Shown: positions 32,151 to 42,635, counted from the stretch's first letter. The stretch: DNA of 64,000 bases from Candidatus Omnitrophota bacterium (GCA_050258455.1 JBLMYT010000132.1:82349-146348); one strand, 5' to 3'. Numbers and translations: made by a program. Notes: generated by a model not told the origin, from the sequence alone.

Positions 32151-32619
32151 CTTTTGCCCTTTCGGCCCTTTTCTTTTTCTCGCGATTTTCCCTTTCCTGC
32201 TGGTTTAAAAAATCCTTTACTTCGTCTTTAAAAAGCGTTTTGCATTCCATTAGCTTTGCAAGGACAACCTGTTCGACTACGGGAATCTGCATCAGGTTCA
32301 TTAATTCATTGTATTGCTCAAATTTAGGATCCCCATATTGAACGTTGGGATAACTAATGGTAGAGGCACCCACGGCTGAAGGATGGGTCCGCATATACAT
32401 TTCGCCTTCCCCGGTGACCAGCCAATTAATATTTAGCCCATACTTTTCATAAAAGTATTGTAAATAATTAATCTTGGGAAAGGTCGTCCCATGTTCAATA
32501 TTCGTAATCGTTGATTGATGAACTTTAAGCTCAGCAGCAAGAAGATGCTGCGCCTTTTTCCTGTCAATGCGGAACGTTTTGAACCGCTGACCGACGTCTT
32601 GTTTCAGTTGTTTCAGCAT
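32140..32619 (-). CDS. XRE-family helix-turn-helix transcriptional regulator
   Basis: An HTH motif QHLLAAELKVHQSTITNIEHG, plus a YGLNINWLVTGEGEM motif shared with the neighbouring paralog. Confidence 0.8.
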   Translation of the reverse strand: MLKQLKQDVGQRFKTFRIDRKKAQHLLAAELKVHQSTITNIEHGTTFPKINYLQYFYEKYGLNINWLVTGEGEMYMRTHPSAVGASTISYPNVQYGDPKFEQYNELMNLMQIPVVEQVVLAKLMECKTLFKDEVKDFLNQQERENREKKKRAERAKVQK

Positions 32620-33023
32620 ATTTTTTCCTTTAATATTATTTATTTTGTTTTTTATTACTTTTAAATTGCGAAAAACGTTGGTACATCAACGCAATAAACA
32701 GGTTCAAATGGATCAAGGTTCCGCAAGTACTTCGGCTAAGCAATAGACTTTTCAGGCAATGACTCATGTGCAGCGTAAAAAAGGAAATATGTTTTGTTTT
32801 CATAGATGAATAATATAACTCAAATCGAATTCAATTTCAAGATGAAAAAAAATTAAATTCAAAAAATAAGAAATTATTCCGCATTTTCTTTTGGCCGTTT
32901 ACATTGATCTTTGAGATTTTTAATGAAAAAAAGAATGTCTAAAATTATTTTTTACTCTTAAAAAAAATTTTATTTTTAACCTTAATTTCTTACCAGAGGA
33001 GGCGATGGAATTCAATTCCGAGA

Positions 33024-33470
33024 TTATTTTTTTTTTAAAGCTTTTCGAATATTCTCATCAACGATATCTTTATTCTTGTGAATATATTCCTGAAAAAAAC
33101 CTAAAACTGCATATTTGGCCACCGGCGCGTTTTCCAAGTACCATAAAAGTTGATTGTAGTCGTCTTCGTACGTATCGGTGGAGATTTCTTCGTCGCCTTT
33201 GGGATAATCGGCATCCCATTTTTCAATCATCTTTCCCTTACCCGAGAGCCACCAGTTGATATTCAGTCCATACAATTTAAAGAGGGCTAGCATTAAAATA
33301 GCGGACGGCTTGGTTTTGCCTGCCTCTACCTCGGTAAGCGTATCCCGCGAAAGAGATGTTTGATCTGCAATCTCCGGGATTGTTAAATTATGAGATTTTC
33401 GAAATAATTTAAATCGCTTACCGATATCTTCGATATTAAAATCAAACTTTACCAGGCACTTTGTTTCCAT
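33024..33470 (-). CDS. XRE-family helix-turn-helix transcriptional regulator (paralog of 32140-32619)
   Basis: An HTH motif and the shared YGLNINWWLSGKGKM motif. Confidence 0.75.
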   Translation of the reverse strand: METKCLVKFDFNIEDIGKRFKLFRKSHNLTIPEIADQTSLSRDTLTEVEAGKTKPSAILMLALFKLYGLNINWWLSGKGKMIEKWDADYPKGDEEISTDTYEDDYNQLLWYLENAPVAKYAVLGFFQEYIHKNKDIVDENIRKALKKK

Positions 33471-33643
33471 TTTTATCGCTTCGACTAGTAAAATAAATTT
33501 TTAAAAATAAAGGATACTATAACGCAGAATGGAATAATTTGCAACCCATTCCGTATGAATCGAAAAAAATTTTTTTATTGAAATTTTTATGAAATAGTTT
33601 TAAAATATTAGAAAAATAAACAAACCTACAAAGGAGAATGAAA

Positions 33644-33862
33644 ATGGAATATAATCAAAATTCAATGTTAAAAAATGTCGGCTTCTTCTTGGCAGGGGGG
33701 TTAATCGGAGCAGGCTTAGCCCTTCTTTTTGCACCCGTTTCAGGAAAAGAAGCCAGGGAAGTCATTGGCAACAAATACGATGATTTGAAAGATGATGTGA
33801 AAGATGCATTCAAAAAGATGGAAAAGAAGGTCACCAAACTCGGTTCCAAAGTGAAAATGTAA
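33644..33862 (+). CDS. YtxH/DUF948-like small membrane-associated protein
   Basis: GFFLAGGLIGAGLALLFAP followed by a charged helical tail. The start is chosen at the ATG 7 nt after the GGAG. Confidence 0.6.
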   Translation: MEYNQNSMLKNVGFFLAGGLIGAGLALLFAPVSGKEAREVIGNKYDDLKDDVKDAFKKMEKKVTKLGSKVKM

Positions 33863-34015
33863 ACGTTAAAATAACATCAAAATGCTAAAGTGGCAGAGAC
33901 CCATTGAAAAACCGATTAAATGTCTCCCCCCGATCGGGTGAGATTAAATAAAGCACGTCAAGAGGGAGAGCATGACATGCTCTCCCTCTTATTACTTTAT
34001 TGTTTTAATGTGATT

Positions 34016-34984
34016 TTATTCCAATCGTTGCCCGATCCCTTTTTCACTGGCCCTGGCCAGGTAATAGGCGCCCAATGCCATATCAAAAACCGCCATGCCC
34101 ATCGGATTAAACATAATGGGGGCATCCGGTAAAATATTCTCCAACCATTTTCCCGATACCACATCGATGATGGATTTAACATGCGCTTCTTGTAATCCCT
34201 TGTGAAGATGCAGCATTTCGATATCCGTCTTTTCCCGGCAAATTTCTTCCCAATTATCGACGATGATGCTGTCTTTGACGTAATCAAACACATCGGTCTT
34301 AAAATCGCGAAGAGAGATATTTAATTGAAGCGAACCCTTCTTGGGGGCTTTATCGATATAGGGGGCACTGGAAACCGTTGCCGTGATAAACACATCCGCA
34401 TCCGTATAAGCCTCTTCCCAATTTTTGGCGATAACGATTTTTTCGTTTGGGGCAAAGGCATACGAGCCGGGATCGATCGGTCGCAAGTCATATAAATAGA
34501 TCGTCTCGATTTGTGGCCCCAATAGGTCGAGACACATCCGTAAATGATATTGTCCAATCGGTCCCCAACCGATAATGGCCAATTTGATGTTTCGAAGGGG
34601 GCGAACGTTGTCAAAATACCGGATCATTAAACCGGTGACGGCGGCTGTACGCAAAATGCTTAAAAGCGCGGTATTGATAATGGCCACAGGTTTACCCGTA
34701 TCTGCCTCATTCAGAACCACGACGCTGTGGGCCCGCGGAATACGCCGCTCAATATTATCGGGGAAACTGGCAATCCACTTGATGCCGGCAACATTGAAAT
34801 GGCCACCGATAAACGCAGGCATCGCAATGATCCGATTCTTTAAATTCCGATACCGTAAGTACGGTTTTATGGGTTGGGCAAAATCGTCTCGGTCCAAACA
34901 TAACACCGCTGATTCGATCACATCAATCAATTTTTCCCATTCGATTCCGACTTGGTGAATACTCGTTTCATTTAAATAAAGCAT
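34016..34984 (-). CDS. sbnB: Ornithine cyclodeaminase/mu-crystallin family NAD-dependent enzyme, SbnB-like (2,3-diaminopropionate biosynthesis)
   Basis: A Rossmann motif AIIGWGPIGQYH; its length and family match, and it lies directly downstream of an SbnA-like gene. Confidence 0.75.
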   Translation of the reverse strand: MLYLNETSIHQVGIEWEKLIDVIESAVLCLDRDDFAQPIKPYLRYRNLKNRIIAMPAFIGGHFNVAGIKWIASFPDNIERRIPRAHSVVVLNEADTGKPVAIINTALLSILRTAAVTGLMIRYFDNVRPLRNIKLAIIGWGPIGQYHLRMCLDLLGPQIETIYLYDLRPIDPGSYAFAPNEKIVIAKNWEEAYTDADVFITATVSSAPYIDKAPKKGSLQLNISLRDFKTDVFDYVKDSIIVDNWEEICREKTDIEMLHLHKGLQEAHVKSIIDVVSGKWLENILPDAPIMFNPMGMAVFDMALGAYYLARASEKGIGQRLE

Positions 34985-35002
34985 CCCTGATTCTCCTTCA
35001 TT

Positions 35003-35974
35003 TCATTTGGATTCATTTTTGGTTTTTCTGGTTTTGAAATCCTGATACCAGGCTTCATCGTAAACCGTATTTCCATACCGTTCACCCCTATCGGGGAATA
35101 TCGTCACCACCCGGGCTTGTGTGGATACCGGGTGGGTTTCAAAATACCGCTTAATTCCCCCGTACACCGATCCGGATGATCCGCCCGCAAAGATATTGTG
35201 ACGTTTCAACAATTCATGACACATATCGATGGTGGAAATCTCATCCATCATGACGACATCGTCGATTTTTGCTATTTTTAAAATTTCCGGGACCATGCTG
35301 GAACCAATTCCGGGAATAAACCTCTTTTGGGGCGGATACCCGAAGATGACCGAGCCGATAATATCCACGGCAATGACTTTGCTCTCCGGAAACGCCTCCT
35401 TGACCCGCCGAGATACGCCGGTAATCGTCCCCCCGGAACTGATCCCCAGGAACAGGTAATCCAGTCGGTCGCAGGTCTCCAAAATTTCAGATCCTAGGGT
35501 TTGATAGTAAGCCTCGGCATTATAAGGGTTGCCGTATTGATTGACCCAATACGAATTTTTGATTTCGCTGACCAATTCCTTGACTTTCTTGATTCGGTTG
35601 AGGAGATATCCCCCATTCTCATCGGGAACCTCGACTTTAATGATGGTTGCCCCGAAGGACCGGATGAGCATCTCATTCATCGGGGAAATATGAGGGTCCA
35701 CCACGCAAATGAATTTCAATCCCTTGTACCGGCAATACGCAGATAGAGCGATTCCGAAATTCCCCGAGGAGGATTCGATGATTGTCGTATCGTGATTGAT
35801 TTCTCCCCTGGAAAGGATTTTATCGAGTAAATAAGCGGCCGCTCGATCCTTGACACTTCCCGTCGGGTTAAGAAATTCGAGTTTGGCGTACACATCGATA
35901 TGTGCTAACTCATTGAGAGGGATATAAACCATCGGTGTATGTCCGACTGTTTGTAAAATATGATGATGTACCAT
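35003..35974 (-). CDS. sbnA: PLP-dependent cysteine synthase-family enzyme, SbnA-like (N-(2-amino-2-carboxyethyl)-L-glutamate synthase)
   Basis: A PLP-lysine motif LNPTGSVKDRAAAYLL, a glycine-rich loop GISSGGTITG, and pairing with sbnB. Confidence 0.75.
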   Translation of the reverse strand: MVHHHILQTVGHTPMVYIPLNELAHIDVYAKLEFLNPTGSVKDRAAAYLLDKILSRGEINHDTTIIESSSGNFGIALSAYCRYKGLKFICVVDPHISPMNEMLIRSFGATIIKVEVPDENGGYLLNRIKKVKELVSEIKNSYWVNQYGNPYNAEAYYQTLGSEILETCDRLDYLFLGISSGGTITGVSRRVKEAFPESKVIAVDIIGSVIFGYPPQKRFIPGIGSSMVPEILKIAKIDDVVMMDEISTIDMCHELLKRHNIFAGGSSGSVYGGIKRYFETHPVSTQARVVTIFPDRGERYGNTVYDEAWYQDFKTRKTKNESK

Positions 35975-36168
35975 GAGTCATCTCACAAAAAAAATTTAGT
36001 TTTTAAAATAGATAATAATGAATAATAATAAATAAAAGCTTTTTCCATCTTTACTATAACATAGAATTGTGTTTTTTTCAATGCAATCCCCATTCAATTT
36101 TCAATTCCCCTTTTCTTTCTCGAATTTCCGGATTTCTCTTTTGACTTTCCATAAACGTTATGAGATAA

Positions 36169-37386
36169 TTGCGTCTTATGAAAAAAATAATAGCACTTAT
36201 TGATATAATTTATTCAGAGATTCCAAAGATGATTAAAAAACATTACCCATTGAGCGCTTGTCTATTGGTATTTTTGTTTTTCTTACCCCAAATGATGGTG
36301 GGTGAGGAAATATTTGATGTTCCTGAAATTTTGAAGGACAATGTGATGTTTTGGAAGAAAATTTATACGGAAGTATCGTTGACCGAAGGGGTCATCCACG
36401 ATAATGAATACCCGATGATCATTTACCGATTGATCAGTCTGGCGAATAGAACGGGAAAAACGCGTAAAGGTTATCTGCAAGAAAACATGGCGGCAGTCGA
36501 AAGGATATTGGAGACCATGAATAACAAAAGCCCGGACCAATGGACCGGCATCGAATGCCAAATTCGAGACTTATTTAAACAGTACGCGAATCTGGACGCC
36601 TTAAAAGATGCCGCGTCTCGGCTTCGGTTTCAATTGGGACAAAAGGAACGATTCAAGGAAGGATTGGAGCGGGCGGCCGCTTACATGCCCTTCATCATGG
36701 CAACCTTCGAGAAAATGAATATCCCCAAACGCGTGGCTTACCTCCCCCATGTGGAATCCTCGTTTAATATCGAGGCGCGTTCGCGGGTGGGGGCGGCCGG
36801 GATGTGGCAGTTTATGCGGGGAACCGGGAAACTGTTCCATCTTAAAATGGATTCGAAAATCGATGAACGCCATGACCCCATTCGATCGACCCTTGCCGCG
36901 GCTCAATTGTTAATCAAAAATTACGAAAATCTAAAATCCTGGCCATTGGCGATTACCGCTTACAATCACGGCCCCGCAAGTATTAAACGCGCGGTACTGG
37001 AAACCGGATCCCGGAACCTCGGCGTGATTATCGAGAAATACAAAAACCGCCGCTTCAAATTTGCGTCGAAAAATTTTTACGGGTGTTTCATCGCTGCCAG
37101 CGAAATTGCCTCCCAACCGGAAAAATATTTTTCCAACCTTAACCTTCATCCCCAATTGAAATTCAATGAAATCCAAATCAGAAATTCCCTGGCTCCTCAA
37201 AAACTCGCGAAGCAATTGGGGGTTTCTCAAGATAACCTCAAAAAACTCAATCCCGCCCTTCGTCCCGTTCTTTTTAAACGTCAGCTTCCGATTCCAACAC
37301 CCTATGTCTTGCGAATCCCCACGTCAAGGGCAACCGAAAAAGCTGCATTTTCCGCCGCAGACAGCGGGGCGGATAAAGATAACTAA
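36169..37386 (+). CDS. Membrane-bound lytic murein transglycosylase (MltD-like, SLT domain)
   Basis: VESSFNIEARSRVGAAGMWQFM ... AYNHGP. Confidence 0.8.
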   Translation: MRLMKKIIALIDIIYSEIPKMIKKHYPLSACLLVFLFFLPQMMVGEEIFDVPEILKDNVMFWKKIYTEVSLTEGVIHDNEYPMIIYRLISLANRTGKTRKGYLQENMAAVERILETMNNKSPDQWTGIECQIRDLFKQYANLDALKDAASRLRFQLGQKERFKEGLERAAAYMPFIMATFEKMNIPKRVAYLPHVESSFNIEARSRVGAAGMWQFMRGTGKLFHLKMDSKIDERHDPIRSTLAAAQLLIKNYENLKSWPLAITAYNHGPASIKRAVLETGSRNLGVIIEKYKNRRFKFASKNFYGCFIAASEIASQPEKYFSNLNLHPQLKFNEIQIRNSLAPQKLAKQLGVSQDNLKKLNPALRPVLFKRQLPIPTPYVLRIPTSRATEKAAFSAADSGADKDN

Positions 37387-37452
37387 CAAAACGGATATCG
37401 ATATAGATAATCGGGGATAATAATTTGAGGAGACTATCGGAAGGAATTAAAA

Positions 37453-37528
37453 TGGCGCGCCTGGCAAGGATCGAACCTGCGACCTTTGGTTCCGGAGACC
37501 AACGCTCTATCCTCTGAGCTACAGGCGC
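37453..37528 (-). tRNA. tRNA-Arg (anticodon CCG)
   Basis: The reverse complement GCGCCTGTAGCTCAGAGGATAGAGCGTTGGTCTCCGGAACCAAAGGTCGCAGGTTCGATCCTTGCCAGGCGCGCCA folds into a cloverleaf. It has a 7-bp acceptor stem, GCTC/GAGC D-stem, TTGGT/ACCAA anticodon stem around the loop CTCCGGA, a TTCGATC T-loop and an encoded CCA. Confidence 0.9.
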
Positions 37529-37573
37529 ACCCAACTAAAATCATATTATACCAGAAATACGATTAAATCTCAA

Positions 37574-38500
37574 GTGTTTTTGGAGGAGGGCTCCGAATTG
37601 AATTCAAAAAAATTTGCCGTATATGCCGGTATCCTATTGTCCATGATGTTTTGGGGGTTATCTTATCCCTGGATCATGATCGTGTATCGATGTTACCATC
37701 CGATTACCACCGTGTTTCTCCGATTATTGGTTGCGTCCGTCCTGATGACCGTTTTTTCCCGGTTATCCAAAAAAATACAGCGAATCGAACGCGGAGACCT
37801 CCGCTATTTCATTCTGTTGGCCATCGTTCAGCCTTTCCTTTATTTTTTGTGTGAAAGTTATGGGCTTAAATCGGTGTCTCCAACGCCTGCGGCCGTGATT
37901 ATTTCAACCATTCCTCTGTTTACGCCGATTGCGGCTTTTTATTTTTTCAAGGAAAAATTAATGGCGGTGAATATCGTCGGTATGGCCGTTGCCTTTGGGG
38001 GTGTCCTCCTGGTGGTCATTAAAGAGGACTTCACCCTTTCGGCTTCTCCTGTGGGCTTCATCCTTCTGTCGATCGCCGTGGCGATGGGGGTGACGTACAC
38101 GACGCTTTTGAAAAAAATATCCTTCAAATACAATGCGATTACGATTGTGACCTATCAAAATACGTTTGGTATCGTGGGCTTTCTTCCCCTTTTCTTCTGG
38201 GTCGACTGGAATCATTTTTTAAATGCGGTTCCGACCCGAAGCGTCCTCATCTCTCTCGGGCTATTGGCGGTTCTATCGTCATCCCTGGCTTACGTTCTTT
38301 ACGCTTACTCGGTTAAGCAACTGGGGGTTTCTCGCGCCAGCATGTTTTCCAATGTGATGCCCGTGTTTACCGCCGTGTTTGCCTGGATGATCCTGGATGA
38401 AAAAATCACCCTGCGAATGGGTCTGGGAATTCTGGCCGTCGTTGGCGGATTATTCATCTCTCAAACGAAAACCCCTTTACAGAAAAATAAGACCAAATAA
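37574..38500 (+). CDS. DMT-superfamily (EamA-like) permease
   Basis: Ten predicted transmembrane helices in two EamA-like halves. Confidence 0.75.
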   Translation: MFLEEGSELNSKKFAVYAGILLSMMFWGLSYPWIMIVYRCYHPITTVFLRLLVASVLMTVFSRLSKKIQRIERGDLRYFILLAIVQPFLYFLCESYGLKSVSPTPAAVIISTIPLFTPIAAFYFFKEKLMAVNIVGMAVAFGGVLLVVIKEDFTLSASPVGFILLSIAVAMGVTYTTLLKKISFKYNAITIVTYQNTFGIVGFLPLFFWVDWNHFLNAVPTRSVLISLGLLAVLSSSLAYVLYAYSVKQLGVSRASMFSNVMPVFTAVFAWMILDEKITLRMGLGILAVVGGLFISQTKTPLQKNKTK

Positions 38501-38575
38501 AAAAGGCGCCGCAACGCAATTTCGAAATTTCGAAATTTTACGTTGGGACGCCTTTGTATTTCTTGTCTTTAAATC

Positions 38576-39601
38576 TTACTTTTTGGTTTCATCCTTTTTG
38601 GCAGCGCTCTCGATGAGTTCTTCAGGCTTCTTTAGGATCTGTTCCGAGTTCCATTGAGCGATACAAAACACAAAAGGACTTTCCGATGAAATGGCCGGAT
38701 AGATATATTCTTCCATTCCTTGTTCGGAAGCTTTTCGATCCGTTTCCAAAATTTTGGGGTAGAGATAAGCATGATATTCTTTGCTTTTACTTTTCAATTT
38801 CGCAGAAAAAATGGGAGCTTGAGATTTACCGAATTCTTCCTTGGTTTTATCGTCGATGTACTTCCGACAAATGATGAAACTCAACTGGCTGAGAATGGAA
38901 TCGATATTGGCTTTAACTGCTTTTTTACCATCGGGAGTTACCCATTCGACATCCGAGCCCGGAAGATTTTGCGTCGGATCATTCTTTTTCTCCGGCGACT
39001 TGGGAAGGATCTTCTTGATAAAATGGAGTTTGGCCCCACCGGTTTCGATCTCAATATCATCGATGTTTTCGATGGTAAACTTCATGACCAGTTTATCGCG
39101 AAGTTCATCTTTCCTCAGATCCACGTCATCCCGAAACGCGTCCAGGGCATAGTACACCTTGTCATCGTTCTCAAGTTTGACAAACGTGTGATGGTCGGTG
39201 GGGGCGACCCGCCCGACGTCGAACCTCCGAATGACCTGACCGTTGTGATAGGCGATGACCCGGATCACGTTGGTCGGGTCCAGATCATATAAAGCGAAAT
39301 TTTTGGCTTTAGAGGCCAGATCGGTCAGGGTCAGTTTGCTAATGATTTCATTTATTCGCTTGATCTTGTCTTCATCCGGTGCATACCCTTTGGGAGGAAT
39401 GGTCCAGTTGGAATTGTTTTTAACGGCGAGGTAGGTTTTTCCCTTTTTGATGATCTCAATTTTATCGATATCTTCGACTTTAATCGGTTTCATCTGGGGA
39501 AGCCGATAATTGAGTTTATCACTTTTTCGTAAAATTAAATACCCACCCAGGATCAGGATGATCCCGACGATTATAATCAGTTCTTTTCTCATCGATTTCA
39601 T
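38576..39601 (-). CDS. DUF4340-like protein, the last gene of a GldG-type ABC operon
   Basis: An N-terminal transmembrane anchor, then a charged extracytoplasmic domain; it sits directly after a GldG-like gene, as is typical. Confidence 0.6.
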   Translation of the reverse strand: MKSMRKELIIIVGIILILGGYLILRKSDKLNYRLPQMKPIKVEDIDKIEIIKKGKTYLAVKNNSNWTIPPKGYAPDEDKIKRINEIISKLTLTDLASKAKNFALYDLDPTNVIRVIAYHNGQVIRRFDVGRVAPTDHHTFVKLENDDKVYYALDAFRDDVDLRKDELRDKLVMKFTIENIDDIEIETGGAKLHFIKKILPKSPEKKNDPTQNLPGSDVEWVTPDGKKAVKANIDSILSQLSFIICRKYIDDKTKEEFGKSQAPIFSAKLKSKSKEYHAYLYPKILETDRKASEQGMEEYIYPAISSESPFVFCIAQWNSEQILKKPEELIESAAKKDETKK

Positions 39602-39619
39602 GATCGCCTCCGGTATTGT

Positions 39620-41845
39620 TTATTTTTGCTGAGAAAACATCAGTTGAATTTTGCGTTTCCGACGAACACGTCGAATCCAAAGGACAATTCCCAGAGCGAT
39701 AAACAGCGCCGGCAACCCACCGATGTTAAATATTTTAATGGCCATTTTGGTAAACGGTTTGGTATCTTCAATGGGGTTAAATTTCTGATTTTTACTTCGC
39801 ATCACGGCGATATCTTCGCGGTTATTGAGGTAATCAAAGGCATTTAAAACAAAGAGGGCATTGGGCGAATTGGCTTCTTCATCGATCACATTGTTCTTGA
39901 GAATCTCGGTTGTTCCGATCAGAAAGATTTTTCCGGGTTTGACTGCCCGGGTAAGGATCTCTTTTTTACCCTTGATGACGGATCCCTTTTGTGCGGATTC
40001 GGCCGTGGCCTTGGTGTCTTCTTTGGTCACACCGGTGGATTCTTCTGTGGTCACCGCGGGTTTATCGGGAACCGGTTTCCCTGCAAAATAACTGGAGAAA
40101 TGACCTTCCAGGAGGTAAGCCAGGGGCTGGGCAAATTTTTCTTTGGGGTTGGTCGGCGGTTTGAGCATATAGGGCATCAAGCTAATGCGGCCCTTCATCT
40201 CCCATGACTTGTCCGAAGACGTGAACAATGGATTCAGGGTTAAGTTATTCCGTTTGATCTTTTCCTGAAGCGCTTCCACCGGAGAGGCCTTGATCATCAC
40301 GAGCTGCTTGATGTTTTCAATGAATGGCAATTTATGATTGATGTTTTCATTCTTGATCATGGGAACGTAATAGATGGAGGTTTGCTCGCCGGTTTGTTCT
40401 TTGTTGACGTAACAGTTTTCATCCATGACGTATGATTTTTTTACTTTCAAACCGTAAAATTCAAGGAGTTTTTCCAGGCCGGTATTGATGGGAATATAAT
40501 AGGTTTCCGGAACGCCCTGTTCCTTGACCGTGATTTCATTGAGACTGTCCAGAAAAATAGCCAGCGATTTTCCCTTCATCAGGAATTGATCGATCTGGAG
40601 GAGCTGGTAATCGGAAAATTTTTCCCTGGGACCGGATATCACTAATGTATCGATATTATCCGGGATGCCATCCAGCAGGTTGACGTCTTTGACGCTGTAT
40701 ATTTTGGTTAACACCATGTTTAAGTTATCGAGGGTTTCCTTTTTGGGAGGACGGGCCATGCCGGGTTCGAATTTTTTCGGCAATATGGGGTTCAGGAGCC
40801 GGCATTCATTGGTATTGAGGTACCCGATGCTGTCATTGAGTTCGATCAAATTATCGACGTTGTCGCTGATGAAGTTTTCCATTTCATTCGAGTCGATGAT
40901 CGAAAATTGTTCCGCAATCCCCTGAGGGGTATAAGCCATTTTTCGATCGAGTAAATTCCGCTGAGTGGTTTTATCGCCGAATTGCATCACCAGGGCAGCC
41001 ACGCCATTACCGGCAGGGATCACGGCGCCGTTGGGCGCTTTGATTTCCGGCCATTGCAAACCGAATTGTTCCAGGAGCCCCTGTTGCCCCGGTGTGCCGG
41101 GGGCATAAGCGGGATCATCGAACGCGCATTCCAATTTCCCATAGGTTTTGGGATTCAATCGCTCGACCGCGCCCTGAACCGAGGAGCGCACGGTATCGAG
41201 ACCGCGCAGATTGACCAGCGGCGCAATCATGGCAAGAGACGGACTCACGACCGCTGTAATCTTGATCTTCCGGGGTAATTTCAACAGTGCGGAAACCTTG
41301 GCGGTCATGTTCTTGATGCCGGTGGTAATTTTGTATTCGAGCCCATCGGTTGAGGTCACGGATGGAATTCGGGAAACGAGGTCGCCATGGAGTAAGGCGA
41401 TTCCCATGTAGGCCCGCTGCATTTTGGCTTCATCCTGCTCGATCTTCTGGACATTGACCGGGGTAATCCCAAAACTCTCGGCCAGTTTGCGGTTGACCTG
41501 TTCGGTTTCGCTCAGGTCGCCCTCTTTGGCCGTGACGTCGTAAAACCGGTAACTTAAGTTGTGATTGGAGTAAATTTCGAATTCGTTGAGCAGGTCATGG
41601 AGGTAGAGCTCCACGTTGCTGTAGGGGGCCGGGAGGTTCTTGGAGAAAAAGACATCGATGGTCAGGGGTTCCTTGAGGGACGAGACCACCTCTTTACTGG
41701 CTTTGGATAAGGAATAGAGATGGTTGGATGTTAAATCCGCCCGAAAAAAGAGGGTAATACCCACGAGGTTAATCAAGACGATAATCACCAGGTAGAGAAC
41801 GAATTTGTAATATTTTTGAGAGGGTTTATAATCTTTCGCAGCCAT
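39620..41845 (-). CDS. gldG: GldG-like ABC transporter auxiliary component
   Basis: 741 aa, with N- and C-terminal transmembrane helices flanking a large periplasmic domain; it follows an ABC-2 permease gene. Confidence 0.7.
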   Translation of the reverse strand: MAAKDYKPSQKYYKFVLYLVIIVLINLVGITLFFRADLTSNHLYSLSKASKEVVSSLKEPLTIDVFFSKNLPAPYSNVELYLHDLLNEFEIYSNHNLSYRFYDVTAKEGDLSETEQVNRKLAESFGITPVNVQKIEQDEAKMQRAYMGIALLHGDLVSRIPSVTSTDGLEYKITTGIKNMTAKVSALLKLPRKIKITAVVSPSLAMIAPLVNLRGLDTVRSSVQGAVERLNPKTYGKLECAFDDPAYAPGTPGQQGLLEQFGLQWPEIKAPNGAVIPAGNGVAALVMQFGDKTTQRNLLDRKMAYTPQGIAEQFSIIDSNEMENFISDNVDNLIELNDSIGYLNTNECRLLNPILPKKFEPGMARPPKKETLDNLNMVLTKIYSVKDVNLLDGIPDNIDTLVISGPREKFSDYQLLQIDQFLMKGKSLAIFLDSLNEITVKEQGVPETYYIPINTGLEKLLEFYGLKVKKSYVMDENCYVNKEQTGEQTSIYYVPMIKNENINHKLPFIENIKQLVMIKASPVEALQEKIKRNNLTLNPLFTSSDKSWEMKGRISLMPYMLKPPTNPKEKFAQPLAYLLEGHFSSYFAGKPVPDKPAVTTEESTGVTKEDTKATAESAQKGSVIKGKKEILTRAVKPGKIFLIGTTEILKNNVIDEEANSPNALFVLNAFDYLNNREDIAVMRSKNQKFNPIEDTKPFTKMAIKIFNIGGLPALFIALGIVLWIRRVRRKRKIQLMFSQQK

Positions 41846-41855
41846 TTTAATCTCC

Positions 41856-42635
41856 TTATTTTTTTTCTTCCATAATCAGGTGTGCCCCGTACAAGGCAAT
41901 AAACATGACCGATAGGAAGTATATGATATCGCGGCTGTCCACCATCCCCTTGGCGACATTATAGAAATGGTAATTGCTGCTGAAATATTGGAACGTTTTT
42001 ACGAGTTTATCGGGCAGGAAGTACAGGAGGAAATCGGTAAACAGGGTTAGCGAAAAGCAGATGGCCACGCCGATAATAAACGAAACGACCTGGTTACGGT
42101 TGAGGGAGGACGCCAGGAGTCCGACGGCGCAGTAGGTGGCTCCCAACAGCATGGCGCCGAGGTAACCGCCAATGACCGGGCCCCAGTCCAGTTTCCCGAC
42201 GATGGTTACCGATATGGCATAAGACAGGGTCGGTAAAAGCATGACGCCGACAAACGCCACCGCTGCAAGGAATTTCCCCACAATGATGTCTCGGAACGTC
42301 ACGGGAAGGGTCAACAGCAATTCGTAGGTTCCGACGTTGATTTCTTCCGAAAAGAGGCGCATGGTCAGGGCCGGGAGGATAAACGAAAACGTTACCGGCA
42401 GGATGGAGAAAAACCGGGTCAGGGTGGCCTGGCCATTGAGGAAGAAGGTGGAAAAGAACATCCAACCGATGATCAACAGGAAAAGTGAGATAACGATGTA
42501 AGCGATGGGAGAAATGAAATAGGCCATAAATTCCCGTTTAAAGATGTGTTTGATATTCTGGGTATATTGAATTTTGATTTTGGTTTTAGTTTCCATTAGT
42601 GACTCCCTTTGTAATTCGTCTGAATATATCTTCAA
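41856..42635 (-). CDS. gldF: ABC-2 family permease (GldF-like)
   Basis: Six transmembrane helices; an alternative start at the METKTKI codon (about 42596) is possible. Confidence 0.75.
   Translation of the reverse strand: MKIYSDELQRESLMETKTKIKIQYTQNIKHIFKREFMAYFISPIAYIVISLFLLIIGWMFFSTFFLNGQATLTRFFSILPVTFSFILPALTMRLFSEEINVGTYELLLTLPVTFRDIIVGKFLAAVAFVGVMLLPTLSYAISVTIVGKLDWGPVIGGYLGAMLLGATYCAVGLLASSLNRNQVVSFIIGVAICFSLTLFTDFLLYFLPDKLVKTFQYFSSNYHFYNVAKGMVDSRDIIYFLSVMFIALYGAHLIMEEKK

Noticed and set aside
37400-37560. An integrative element at tRNA-Arg
   Set aside because: No integrase, transposase or direct repeat of the tRNA 3' end is visible in the flanks.
38720-39292. A 190-aa plus-strand ORF antisense to the DUF4340 gene
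   Set aside because: No ribosome-binding site or motifs; the minus-strand gene fits operon context.
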